This document shows, in pieces, positions 1 through 13,317 of a stretch of DNA of 64,000 nt. The position numbers and the translations under genes are program-made. This DNA is from Eledone cirrhosa. Lineage: Eukaryota. The notes under the pieces are model-generated. The model ran no database searches and was not told where the DNA came from. It worked only from the letters and a program-made list of their open reading frames with translations. The stretch is taken from the NCBI GenBank assembly GCA_964016885.1, contig OZ024742.1, forward strand, positions 124,930,001 to 124,994,000. The letters run 5' to 3'. Each line of letters begins with the position of its first letter. Position 1 is the first letter of the stretch.

Positions 1-189
1 ATTACCACTGAGATGTTTCTGAATTATTTCCTCTGAGAGCCAAATTTCAATTCTCTTTTTTGCGTAACCACATGAAGTATATATATATATATATATATAT
101 ATAAAGGATCGATCGACTTTCGTCAAATCGGACCGAGGAAACAATGTTTCCGTTGGTCTTTCCAGTTGCTAGTACTATCTATCCGTCGC

Positions 190-311
190 AACTCCAGGTA
201 GAAGGAGCAACGTGAAATAAAGTGTCTTGCTCAAGGACATAACGCATCGCCCCGTCCAGGAATCGAACTCACAACCTCAAGATTGTGACTCCAATTCTCT
301 AACCATTAAGC

Positions 312-312
<1 letters not shown>
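190..312 (-). mobile_element. tRNA-derived SINE fragment with CORE-like segment
   Basis: Minus strand reads GGCTTAATGGTTAG (A box-like)...GAGTTCGATTCC (B box), then TGTCCTTGAGCAAGACACTT, which resembles the CORE-SINE core. Confidence 0.7.
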
Positions 313-594
<282 letters not shown>

Positions 595-624
595 AGATCA
601 AAGGATGGTTAAAGGAGTTCAATA

Positions 625-695
625 TATTTTATTATGCGCATTTCAAAAACAAACATCATCAAACAATAATATTTGTGTTTTCATCAGATAAAACA
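625..695 (-). ncRNA. Minimal type-I hammerhead ribozyme (family A, mirror copy)
   Basis: Reverse complement of the 816-886 motif inside the palindrome. Confidence 0.8.
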
Positions 696-815
696 GGAGA
701 ACATGATATGAAGGCTAAAAAAACACTTGTTGATAGTGCAGTTTTAAATCAACATATGTTGATTTAAAACTGCACTATCAACAAGTGTTTTTTTAGCCTT
801 CATATCATGTTCTCC

Positions 816-886
816 TGTTTTATCTGATGAAAACACAAATATTATTGTTTGATGATGTTTGTTTTTGAAATGCGCATAATAAAATA
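816..886 (+). ncRNA. Minimal type-I hammerhead ribozyme (family A)
   Basis: Stem I TGTTTTAT/ATAAAATA; core CTGATGA (824-830); about 16-bp AU/GU stem II with GTTT loop; GAAA (867-870); palindromic stem III ATGCGCAT; predicted cleavage after UA at 878. Confidence 0.85.
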
Positions 887-1007
887 TATTGAACTCCTTT
901 AACCATCTTTTGATCTTATATTATGCATACTCCAGTCCCACAAACTGTAGAGTGCTTCTTATCCGATATCTGCATTGCTTTATTGTACTACAATAAAACT
1001 CACCTCC

Positions 1008-1165
<158 letters not shown>

Positions 1166-1862
1166 ATAGCAGGGGGCTGGACTGGTGTAATTCCTTAAAA
1201 GGTTTATTATACTATGGTCATTTCAGTGACCGGGTTCAGCATGAATCCGGTGACATAGAAATTTAACGCAGGAATATAATAGACAAAATCTATGGGGCGG
1301 AAAAGCAGAGCCAAGAGGATGGCCTAATATTTAGCAGCTTCTAGTCCGGTCAGCCGCCCTCAAGTGATGATTATTAAGTCTTCTTATGTCCTTCTGGTGA
1401 AGGGGCGTAGGCTTATAATGTACTACTACCACCTCGTTATAGACAGAGGTCAACGGTGAGATCAGGTTACATTCAAGCTGGTCAGAAGTGCTAGGAAGTG
1501 CCACGAAAAATATTTTTTTCAAAAAACATATATCTTTAACAAAGCTATATATAGTGGGAATCTGCACAATATATTCTAGGCCCAGAAATTACGATTAACA
1601 ATTAGAAACGTTAAATTTACGTTCCGAGTATTTTCGTCTAGCGAAAGAAAGGGAAATTTATTTTTCTCCAGGAATGTTAACTGTCTCAAGCGCCGGGGAT
1701 GCTAGCGGGAAGTCCGCCACCGTCGGCTGGCTATCGTATATACCAAACGATTAATAGTTATTCATACTGGTGGGGTGTTTAGTTAAAGGTTAGTAGAAGA
1801 AGGCATGATAACATTTAAAGTTATGATTAAGCCTAGAATTTAAAAGTACTGTTTAGCGGTCA

Positions 1863-2106
1863 AATAAAATTGAAAAAGGGGATAATAACATGGTCAACAG
1901 TACAAAAAAGGGGATTTATTTGCAGTCTAACAATTGTTTCACTGATAAAGTTGTCTAAAAATTGCTGAACACTAAAAGCAGTGCCACTAAATTTTAGTGT
2001 TCACCAATTTTTAGACAACTTTATCAGTGAAACAATTGTTAGACTGCAAACAAATCCCCTTTTTTGTACTGTTGACCATGTTATTCTCCACTTTTTCAAT
2101 TTTATT
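1863..2106. repeat. Inverted repeat, about 115-bp arms with about 14-bp spacer
   Basis: 1863-1977 is the near-perfect reverse complement of 1992-2106. Confidence 0.9.
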
Positions 2107-2450
2107 ACTCCAAGATAAACTTACATAAGAATACAAGTGTTATCATAAACACGTCATCTACGTAAACCTCTTGTTGAGTCAACCAACGCCATACGCTAAA
2201 ACTAGCCATAATAAGAAGTATTCACAACCCCTAATTGGATTACCTATAACGATATTTTGTTATCCTTTATATATATATATGGGAAAAAAGTCTGGAGCCC
2301 GACGGCTGAGCTCCGGCCGTTTCGACACTAGAACGGCCGCAGCTCAGCCTTCGGCGTCCTGACTCTTTCCCTATTACCCACTCTACTACCCCAAGTATCG
2401 AGTACTGTGGTGCGTTATGGTCCACCTGGTCCCTTACACACTTCCTTCGT

Positions 2451-2452
<2 letters not shown>

Positions 2453-2541
<89 letters not shown>

Positions 2542-2589
2542 TTATGTGTGCGTATGTGTATATATATATATAGAGAGAGAGAGAGATAG

Positions 2590-2670
<81 letters not shown>

Positions 2671-2678
2671 GAGAGAGA
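2453..2678. repeat. Compound microsatellite (TA)n(TG)n(GA)n
   Basis: Directly visible. Confidence 0.97.
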
Positions 2679-3659
2679 ACTGATATATGGTCGATGTGCG
2701 GTAGTAGTCCAAATGAAGGATGAAATGAATTGCTACACGTTTTCGTACAAATCTCGGCAAGGACTAATTTGTTGTTGGTAACGCTTCCGAGAAGGAAGTT
2801 GCACGAAATAATGTGTGTATTTTTTTCTCTGGACCTCAGCTATTAGATTTCACTTTTACACTTAATACGAATATTTATTAAGAGTTTTGAAAAAAGTTCG
2901 GTGATATTTTTAGGAAAATATTTAATGAATATTCAATGAAATTATATAGTTATATTTATAGAAAGTTTTTGTTGAAATCTCTTGGAATTTCGTTGGTGAA
3001 CTATTTTGTAAGATATTTCATGGAAATTTATTGGAAACTTTTAATGAAATTTTTGTGAACATTTCTACTGAATTGTCCGTCCATTTATTTCACTTCGTTT
3101 ATGTACCAGTAATGTTTATTATTTGAAAAGGATTTTTCATAAACAAATCTGTATTAATACTAACGATTCTACCCAATTTACGGCCTAGTTATATTTATTA
3201 GAATGATACAAAACTTACGATGACTGTCGAACATCAACAAGTATTCTATCTGTAAGACGATATTATGATATCAATTTTAAAGCTTAGCTGACAGTAAAAT
3301 TCAATTTATTACATTGCTTCCCTTTAGAGGTAATTCTTTTGGCATTGGATTCTGTTGGCATCGGAATACTTGTCTTATAACTTCAACTAAAATTTAATGC
3401 CGAAAATATTGGAACACATTTCGATGTGTACATCGCAAAGTTAGATCTAAGATAGTGGTCAGCTCAAATCCTGAACTGTATTCTCTTTGAGAATGAATTC
3501 AATATACAAAACTCGGTATTTCTTAACACAAAAAACATTATGTAAATATACTTAAAGTAAGATTATATTCATAAACATTAATGATAAGTAGAGTGACAGT
3601 TTGTAACATATTGTTCCTTATGATAATACTACTTTTGTCATTAGTAGAATATAATAATG

Positions 3660-3862
3660 GTTTCTGATTTAGCCACGAGGCTAACAATTTTTGGGGAGAT
3701 GAAACTCGATTAAAACGACCCAAGTGCGTTACTGGTACTTTATTTTATCAACCCCAGTAAGTATGAAATGCAAAGCTAACCTCAGCCGGATTTGAACTCA
3801 GAACGTAAACGGACGTAACTCTATGCCGCAAAGTATTTTCTCCGATGCTCTACCGATACTAC
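3660..3862 (-). mobile_element. tRNA-derived SINE (abundant family with Nin/Deu-like core)
   Basis: Minus strand has GAGTTCAAATCC (B box), then ...TTTCATAC..GGGGTTGATAAAATAAAGTACCAGT. More than 10 related copies occur in the window. Confidence 0.75.
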
Positions 3863-3867
3863 GACAT

Positions 3868-4050
3868 CATTAGAACGTCGGATAGAATGATTTTGTTATT
3901 CATTTCGGCTCTCTAATCTGTGAGTTCAAATCAGGCCAAAGCCAACTTTGACTTCCATGCAGTCGAGATCGACAGAAAAATTACCAGTCTAGTATTGGTG
4001 GTCGATTCTTCATCTATATCTCTTTCCCACTTCCATTCTCTTGAAGAAAT
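3868..4050 (+). mobile_element. Diverged SINE of the same family
   Basis: GTGAGTTCAAATC...GCCAACTTTGACTTCCAT...TACCAGT. Confidence 0.55.
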
Positions 4051-4161
4051 CTACTGTATTCAAATCTGGAGAGAATACAGGCTCCTCCAGATTTCAAGAT
4101 GCGCTAGAAACACCATATGACTATAAGGCGCCCCTACAACTGTCTTAGGATTTACGTGAAA

Positions 4162-4273
4162 ATACATGCATACGTACATACGCATATACATACATACATA
4201 CATACATACATACATACATACATGAATACATACATACATACATACATACATACATACATACATACATACATAC
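4162..4273. repeat. (CATA)n microsatellite
   Basis: Directly visible; it flanks the 5' end of the R4/Dong element. Confidence 0.95.
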
Positions 4274-7200
4274 AGTCAACGCGATCAGTCGCATATTTTG
4301 GCGTGGGAGACTATTTATTAAATTTAAGATGAATACTATCTCCGACAGTAATGCCACAACTACAGTCATGTTGAATAACTGGTTATTCTTCTAACTATAT
4401 CTTCTGATGACACCTTTTATTCGAATTCGTAGAGATATCCGACTAAATACATAATTCATTTTACAAGGATTTGCTACAAACAGCATGGCTGAACACAACA
4501 TCAACAACACAATTAAGGAAGTACCGAAGACAAATAACAAGGAAGGTAAACAAACGTTATTCAGTTGTAGCTACAGAAGAAACCGAAATTATAAATCGCA
4601 TGTCTCTTGGAGTTGCGAACTTAATAATGATTTATTTAATTGTTATAAAATGGCAAAAAACAATCCCTCCATTGGCTAAATCAACAGAATGAAGCTACAC
4701 TGGGACGAAATACACCCAGAGCTAAATTATTTCACAGCGAAACAATTACGCCAACAAGCGACGTTTGTTGAACGTAAAAATAAGATAAATAGTATTAATT
4801 GTAAGTCCCCCACAACAAAGATGGGATCAACAACACGTGCTACAGGTCGCCATGCTACTAGCAGCCAGGTCGAACAGCGCCTTGAAACAACTCAGCCTGT
4901 AAGAAACTTGACACCACCTGTACCATCTAAGTCTATCTCGAATGCTGGGGAAAACACTATCGATAATAATATTAATCGAAGAAATAATAATAATAATCGA
5001 AGAAATTTGACACCATGTGTACCACCCGAGTCTTCCTCGACTGTTGTGGAAAATACATACTACCGATAATGATAATAATCAAAAGTATAAACAATTGAAA
5101 TTTTTCCTCAACGAAATCTTCCAGAGAGAAATTAATTCATGTATACATATCTCTCTTGCTGAACGTATTAAAACGACAATGTTCAATAAAAAACCAAATA
5201 ATGAAATATTACATATTATTGACGAAATAGAGGATAAAACGACGGATAAAAACCCCAAGATTTTGACAAATCAACGCCTGTTTATATGCCCTAGCAACGA
5301 CAGTGAAGCATTATCCTGGTGATAGCAGAGATATTAACAAGAACAGAACACCACCAAAAATACCATCATATATAACTAAAATAGAAAAAAAGATTGCTGA
5401 CCTACGAAAAAACATAGGATATGTGATAATGCAAACAAACACAAAAAACCTCACTCCTCATTAACAAAGAGGGAAAAATAAAATAGAGACGATGTTAGGT
5501 AACAGTAGAACCAGAACTCTCCAATATAAGCTGATCACCCTCGAAGAAGAATGGAGAGCTGTTAGCGAAAAACGCCGATACCTGAAGAAGGTAGATGAGA
5601 GAAAGTTGCTTAATAAAATATTCAGACGAAACCAAACATCAATCTATAGAGATATGAAGGGCAAAATAATAAGTGTCACTGAGGCCCCATCCCAGAAAGA
5701 CATAGATTCCTTTTGGAGCAAAATATGGGTGAAAAGAAGAATTTCAACCAAGATGCAGTGTGGCTAAGAGAAATCCGAAAGAATTATTGCTCTTACACTA
5801 CAACAAAAACATACGAAATGAGTGAGGGTACCCTTGAGACTGTGATAGGAAAACTCCAAGATAAGAAAACACCAGGAAGAGACATGATTGTCGGCTACTG
5901 GGATAAAAAAACTGATATTCTATCGGGGGTATCTTACTGACCTCTACCAACAAGTTCTTAATGGTTGACATTAGCACAAACATTACTGGTCCCCAAGAAC
6001 AAAGACACTCACTTGGCAAAAAACTACCGACCCATTGCATGCCAGAACCTGATGTATAAGATGTATACAGCCTGCCTGCCTGAACCTATTCCTCCAAGAT
6101 CACTGTGAAAATAATAACATCATCACAGATGAACAAGCAGCTGGAAAGAAAGGGGTTTTGGGATGTGCTGAACAACTCCTAATCAACAAAACTGCGATGT
6201 CGGAGGTGCGACAACTTAGGAGGAATATGGCTACATTCTGGCTGGACTACAGGAAAGCTTTCGATTCTGTTCCCCACTCTTGGATGATAGAGGCCCTCCA
6301 ACTTGCTAAAGTCCCAGACATTATTGTCAGAGCCATAGAGAGGCTGTCTTCTTCTTGGACTACTATACTAAGGTTAAAGACAGAAAGGGAGGATTCTATT
6401 TTCACTGATAAAATAAAATATTGCAGGGGTCTATTTCAGGGGGGCAGTCTCTCTGTGATATTATTCATCTTGTCATTAAACCCCTTGTCCTTTCTGCTCA
6501 AGAAATATGAGGGATACATCATTGGCTCACAGGAGGACAGAAATACGAACCTAACCCATAATTTCTTTGTGGACGATCTGAAACTCTATGCCAAGAACAT
6601 GGATGGGATGAAGAAAAATCTTGTCCTGGTTACAACGTTCTCAAAGGATATAGGAATGGATGTTGACCAAGATAAATGCTCATACATGACTGTAATACGG
6701 GGAAAAACAACAACCCAATCTAGCAACATTGTCATCAATGGCCTAGCTGTTTCACCAATATCTGATGAGGACTGCTATAGATACCTGGGGATAGATGAGA
6801 ACATATCCTATAATGGTATCTGTAATAAATAACGCGTAACCAGGGAATACTACACCCGATTAAGAAGGATCCGGTCATCGGAACTCTCTGCGCAAAACAA
6901 AACAGTGGCTCACAATGTGTTTGCTGTGCCTGTCCTAACACCAACGTTTGGAATACTCAATTGGACGATAGACGAAATCCGAGCTGTTGATGTTGGAACT
7001 CGAAAAACACTGAACAACACCGGAAACGTCCACATCAACAGTGACATAGGCCGCCTTTACTTGAAACGTAAGCAGGGCGGCAGAGGCCTAACATTAGTCC
7101 AGACAACATTTGAATGTCGCATCATACCCCTCTGACAACATCTACGAACCTCGAAGCGTAGGAGCCCTTTTCTCGGGCAAGTCTATCTACATGAAACAGA

Positions 7201-7980
7201 GAGTTGGGAAGGAACTCCTCGAGTGATATTCCCTGTGTGATAATCAAAACCTCACACACAGGGAAGTCGCTCAGCAGTATCGCATTGAATACATGGATGA
7301 AAAACTACATACCCATGTCATCAACCGCTGTCCAAAGATGTCATCGCGGTACTATCTACCTATGAGGCATGATGTAGTGGCCAAAATACTGTACAATGCA
7401 ATCCGTAGAAAATATAGCCCCAATAATAAACACATTAAAAGCTACAGCAATGTGGAAGACATACATATACATAATATGAATGAGTACTGGTGGAATGTTC
7501 CAGTAAAAAGCCAAATAAAATGCCGGTATAACAGACCAGGTATAATGATATGGGACAGGAAAAAGAAGTCATGCCCAGCAGATGCCAATATAATATCAAA
7601 GATTAGCGAAAAGGAGAATATTTATGCAGAACTAATGAGAAATCTGCAGATTCTCCACCCTGATTATACCTTCATATTTATGCCTGTGATTATTGGGGCA
7701 CTGGGATATGTTAGTAACTGCCCCACTACAAATCTTGAGAAGCCGGGCTTCACAGGAACATAAAGAACACAACTAGTTAGGAAATTACAAGTACAATCCA
7801 TTAATGGAACAGTAAAAGTATGTAAAACATTCCAAAAATTGTGCATCTAATACAAAACATACACATCCACACATAACATCCATACCTACACATGCATGCA
7901 TGCAGACATACATACATATCTACTTAGTTGATGTTGTGTAAGTTTCAATGAGTGAGTCTTGTAAATATGTTAGAAACCGA
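4274..7980 (+). mobile_element. R4/Dong-clade non-LTR retrotransposon (RT + restriction-like endonuclease), decayed near-full-length copy
   Basis: RT motifs GCAEQLLINK, WLDYRKAFDSVPHSW, GLFQGGSLS, HNFFVDDLKLY (6158-6832); RLYLKRKQGGRGL; HVINRCP...RHDVVAK...NRPGIMIWD...MPVIIGALG (7293-7763). Many stops and frameshifts. Confidence 0.85.
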
Positions 7981-8139
7981 CATACATACATACATACTAA
8001 AATGTCCATGCCTTTTCCGACAACACGCTAATAAACAGCTAGGCATCACAGTTTCTGAAGCATAAATATTCATGGGGCAAGTTGATTCAGGTTGTACTTT
8101 TAAGTGGATGAGTCTAAATTTAACACTGGGTAGTTTACA

Positions 8140-8285
8140 ACTCGTCGAAGAATTGGCAGATGACAAATATTACAATATTCCTTCAATCACACTCTGCTCT
8201 GAGTACAAATCTACTGATGTCAACTTTGCTTTCCCTTCTTTCGAGACGAGGTAAAAAGTACTAGTCAAGTAATGGCGTCAAGTCT
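8140..8285 (+). mobile_element. Diverged SINE copy
   Basis: CTGAGTACAAATC...GTCAACTTTGCTTTCCCTTCTTTCG...AAGTACTAGT. Confidence 0.5.
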
Positions 8286-9847
8286 TCTATATCTCTTTCT
8301 CATTTGCTATTTTTCACTTTCTCTTTCTTTAGAAATAATCGGTTCTATTCACACAAAGAAAGGGTGAGTTTCGCCAGGTTTTAAAAATAACCAGAACACT
8401 CTATATGTTACAACGGGGTTCCGACGACTCCATCAGGAGCTACGGATTCATCTTCAAATACATAGTTTATTACAATTCCCCTTTGCAGGAATTCAATGGG
8501 ACCTGAGATGTCCATCTAAGAGAATGGATTGTTTATACTTGACAACAATATATAGTTCCCCCGTGCTGCGTATGTATAGCTAAGTGGATTCGACCAATGA
8601 CACATACCTGGTGTGTCTTGATACTGATGGAATAATGCTGATAAGCTAACACGCGACAATTTCCAGGCTTAGTGAGTGAACAGTATCCTACCCACGTGTA
8701 TATGTTTAACTTCCTAGAAAAGGAGAATGTAAATATTTATTTAAATTAATAAATAGTGATGTCTCTTGTAGTAACGCGACGAGTGTATAATAAAATCAAT
8801 ATAGGTATTCGAAAACTTAACACTAGAATAGCTGTTAAAACCGCCAAATGCCATCAAAGACAGCGATGGGCAACAATGCCTCAGGACAGAGACCAGCAGC
8901 CAGCAGTCAGCAGAGAGTCAATCCACGAGATAGGTGACAGGCAGATGAAGAATTAAAATATTGAGGGACGAGCAGGGCAGGAAAAGCGTACAGGCACATG
9001 CACGGAACTGGATGAAGGAAATAAAATAGGCGATGTCCAAGACAAGTTTAATCACACAGCAACTGTAAAAACGATTTAATTTGAAAGTAACATTTTAAAA
9101 ATGATAGATCGTGCAACTCAAAAATGATCATGTGGAATGTGATATAAGGCTAAACAATCCAAAATGGACTGTAAGATGAAGGCAACAAAGAAGTAAGTTA
9201 GCTGGTAATCCTTTTTTTTTTTTCGTTTCTTTTGTTTTAATTATAAATTCGTCTGTTGGGACGATGTGTATGTGACAAAATAAACAGAACAGACCGACCA
9301 TGGAGCCCGTTATTTTCATTTCATTTTTTAAACTTTCTGTCGGCGGCTTAGTTTAGGCAAGAAGTCTTTCGCTTCAGTCCATGTTTAGGTTAACGTCCTG
9401 ATTTTAACAGAATGTGACTGCTTATGCTAAAATTATTCTTTTTTTATTTATACTACTCACATGGCTCATTTGCATCCACAGGTTAACCAAATGTATTTCA
9501 CCATAGAGAGATAAACTGAGAAGAAGCTGATTTTTTTCTTTTTCGTAAAATGCATTCGAGAAATAAAATAACTGTTTTTCATGAAGAATATTTGAAAAAT
9601 TATTATTAGTATTTAAACAAATTGTTCTGGTTTAGATAATTCATCTGATTAAGAATTTTAGCAGTCAGCTATCTATTTAACTACATGATTTAGAGAAGAA
9701 AAATATGTTCTTATTCTTTCATATGCTGGGCGATAATTTTATATAATATTATTGATTTATCGATTTTTTCTTATCTATATACTTACTTTTGATCAGATTG
9801 TTATAGTGATCTATCGTTACGAGATAATGTTTCAAAAGCAAGGTAAC

Positions 9848-9889
<42 letters not shown>

Positions 9890-11569
9890 GAATGTAATAT
9901 GGCGACACGATTCACATTTAAGTAAATTACTTAAACTAATGACCAGATCACAATAGTTAATTATATTATCTAACACTCTCTTATATTATATTCACGACAC
10001 CGTATTAATACTTCTAATGTTCGTCTCTGTGTAAAACAATTGTTGAGTTTGCTTGAATGAAATTTATCAGGAAAGAAACCTTAAAGTATTCGACGAAGTA
10101 CAAAATGCCACAAAGAAAACGAGAGCATATAGATTTGTGGAATGATGCATATTGGATATAGTTATGTTAAAGATTGGATATAAACAGTTAGATTTGGATA
10201 GTTTTGAAAAGATCTTGTAATGTGTTCAGTGTACCATGTGTGCTTTTATTGTGCAGAATCATGATCAGGAGTTTTGAGATATCATCCCTGCATCCCTCTG
10301 TTTCTTATTTCTTTATCAAATACTAAATGTTGCAACATGTTCCTAATATATCATAGGTGATAAAGTATAAATTGAGGGTCATTTAGTTCTTGTTTCTAGC
10401 TAGTTGCTAGTTCTGTCATTTAGCCGTAAAATATGTAAAAAAAGAAATTCCAAACATAACTATCCTGTCTTTATCTTCAGACAAGCTTCTCCATAATGTC
10501 CCACCTACTATAGAATGCTACAGCTTTTATTATCAATTAATGATTGACGTTAATGTAATGACTTGTGGCTACAAGTTGTCATTATATAGAGGTATACCTG
10601 AGCGTGAATATATAAAGTAATTAACATATTCCTATACTATTTAAAGTATGGATGGAATTTCTCCTGCCGAAAGCGTCTTTTACCTTTTGCTAGCAACCTT
10701 TTGATTAGTCACACCTTTCGCGTCTCGAAGATACGTGGACTATTTTTAGACAAGAAATGAACATAGTTTTCCATTCATTACAGCGGTGGCTGAATCCTTT
10801 GTGGTGAATATTTCTTCACTTTAATTCCTTTATTTTAAAGAAGTTTTAAAGTGGAGATTTCAGTGAAGGCGAAAATGTTTCGTGTTCTTTGGGTTTGCAG
10901 GATGTTTAAGGGTAGTGTGCATGAAACTGAAATGGAGTTTAATTCATTTAGTTTATATCTGAGGAGGCATTCGTTTCTACGACATATTGACTTCCCCGAC
11001 ACATGGTATAGTTTATATATTCAAGTTCTCTGTGGAAGTTTAATTGAATCTGTCACGGAACGAGGGCGAGCAAAGGTAGAGATGAAGATGAAAAGAAATA
11101 CGATTTTCTGTCAATTTTTTTTGTTATTGTTGTTCTTTTTTAATGTTGGAAGAAAGAATCAAATTTTGCTTTCTTTTAGTTTCATATATATATTTCTTTT
11201 GTTCAACAACATTTTCTTCCTAATATCCAACTGAATAAAAACGACATATATGCAGCAACGGTTGAATTAACTCTAATAAAATGACGAATTACAAGGAGGC
11301 AATGTCATATTTATTCGGAGCATGTATAGCCGATTAAATCGCCTCTAGTTTCTGATTGGTATATATGTAATTGACGGAAAATAGTAAAGAAATGTAAAAG
11401 AAGAAAAGACAATATCATCCTCGACGGGTTGGAAAATCAGAACATAAAGGCACGTAATTATATATTTCAAGGTATTTCGTATTATAGTTTTCAATAGAGG
11501 ACCCGTGGCTCACTTATATAATTATAATGGCAAACTATTTAAAATCAAAGATCAAATAAATGTTCCCCT

Positions 11570-11866
11570 TTTATTATTCTTATTATTAATCCTGAGCGGG
11601 TTGTGGGGGCAGAGTCCTCAAGCACTCCTTCCGGCGGGTCCTGTCAGAAGCTACCATCTCCAACTTTTCTAGATAGATCCCTAACCGAGACCAGCCTATC
11701 ATGGATGTTATCCAATCATATTGCTCGGGATCAACCTCTGGGTCTCCTGCTCGTTGGGTTTGTCAGTAAAATATTTCCAGAGGTTCTTTCTGAGGCATTC
11801 TAATCACATGCCCATAATATCGGAGCTGTGATCTCTCAATTCGGAGAAGTAGCAGCTCTACCTGAA
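11570..11866 (-). mobile_element. RTE-clade (Rex3/Expander-like) LINE 3' fragment
   Basis: Minus strand translates to LLLLRIERSQLRYYGHVIRMP...WSRLGI...VASDR...LRTLPPQP, followed by an (AAT)-like tail. Confidence 0.75.
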
Positions 11867-11896
11867 GTGAAGCCCTTTTATTATATATTTACATAA

Positions 11897-12110
11897 GGGC
11901 GGTGAATTGTGAGTATCAGTAGAGCGTCGGATAATATGCTTCGCGGCATAGATTTACCGCCCTTTACGTCCTGAGTTAAATCTCGCCGATGTTAGCTTTG
12001 CCTTCAATTCTGACGGGCTTGATGAAATAAAGTACCTGTCATGCACAGCGGTGGAGTTATTGGACTTTCTCCTTCCCCAAAATCGATGGCCTTGTATCTA
12101 TATCAGAAAT
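11897..12110 (+). mobile_element. SINE copy
   Basis: GGGCGGTGAATTG...TACGTCCTGAGTTAAATCTCGCCGATGTTAGCTTTGCCTTC...GATGAAATAAAGTACC. Confidence 0.7.
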
Positions 12111-13160
12111 CATTATATATTTATATATACATGACTTGGATATCAGAAGAGAGATATGCGGTTCCTGTCAGATCACTACCAATACTGCTTTATGTGAACT
12201 TATTTGAACGTGAGCAACTCTCATCTAACTGTAAGTATCACTCTGTAGGATAGTTTACCTCCCTAATTTGATGCAGTACTGTACATTTAGAGCATTTAGA
12301 GGCGGTATCCTTGATAATTCCTAACAAAGGATGAATTGTTAAGATTGCAGTGAATACAATATATGATTAATTATTCTGCTTAAGATATTGTCAAGATTTC
12401 AGTGATCTCTGATGACGTATTTCGAGGTAAGTAATTCTCTTATAACATTTTCAAATATCAAAATGTCTTCATTTCCTTATTACACATATGTTCAACACAA
12501 ATATCTTAATATGATTTTGAACGGAAACGAGAAGGTCATAAAACAGGTGGGACTACTGTAAATATAAACATTAGTTTATTTTCTTCATGTTGTTGGAAGC
12601 TGAGCGTAAATGACACCAACCTATATTGTGCTTCTCTTTCATTCCGTTGCCAATGAAATACGTATCAGGTATATACTCAACAATAACATTCCCGTATATA
12701 TTTGTATCAATGATTCAAAGTAACGAATCATAACCCTGTTCATTAAATGAACAATGACTGCAATCATACACCATCAGGCCCAATATTTAACTATAATCCC
12801 TTCCCTCACAATTTTGAGATCAATGACAGAAACATGAATAAAATAAATGCTAGTGGTTAGAAGCCAATTAATTAACTATACCTTGCAAACATTTAGGATG
12901 AACATGTCAGAAGAAAACAATATTATGTGCAGTCAAGGGGCAGAAGCTACACAGCGAGAGTAAGGTTCAGTTAATGAACAAGTAAATCAGATTACCTAAA
13001 TAAAATTCTCTTTATTTCTTACATCAATTCATTTCCACACCCCGACGCTTTAACAATTCTCTGCTCACAAAGATGGTCTGACGACGCGTATACATTACCT
13101 GGTAAGGTTAAGGTAACTATTAAACTTCAAACTCCCAGAATATAAGTTATCTCATATATA

Positions 13161-13274
13161 TATGACTCTGCCCTGATAACACTCACAGGAAGAACAATAT
13201 ATATGTATACATATATTACAAATATATATATATATATATATATTGTTCTTCCTATGAGTGTTGCCAGGGCAGAG

Positions 13275-13279
<5 letters not shown>
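13161..13279. repeat. Short inverted repeat (about 39-bp arms) around a TA-rich spacer, within (TA)n
   Basis: TATGACTCTGCCCTGATAACACTCACAGGAAGAACAATA versus TATTGTTCTTCCTATGAGTGTTGCCAGGGCAGAGTCATA. Confidence 0.85.

Positions 13280-13317
<38 letters not shown>

Noticed and set aside
8405-8776. Possible solo LTR (TGTTAC...GTAACG)
   Set aside because: The terminus is imperfect, and there is no clear target-site duplication, second copy or internal domain.
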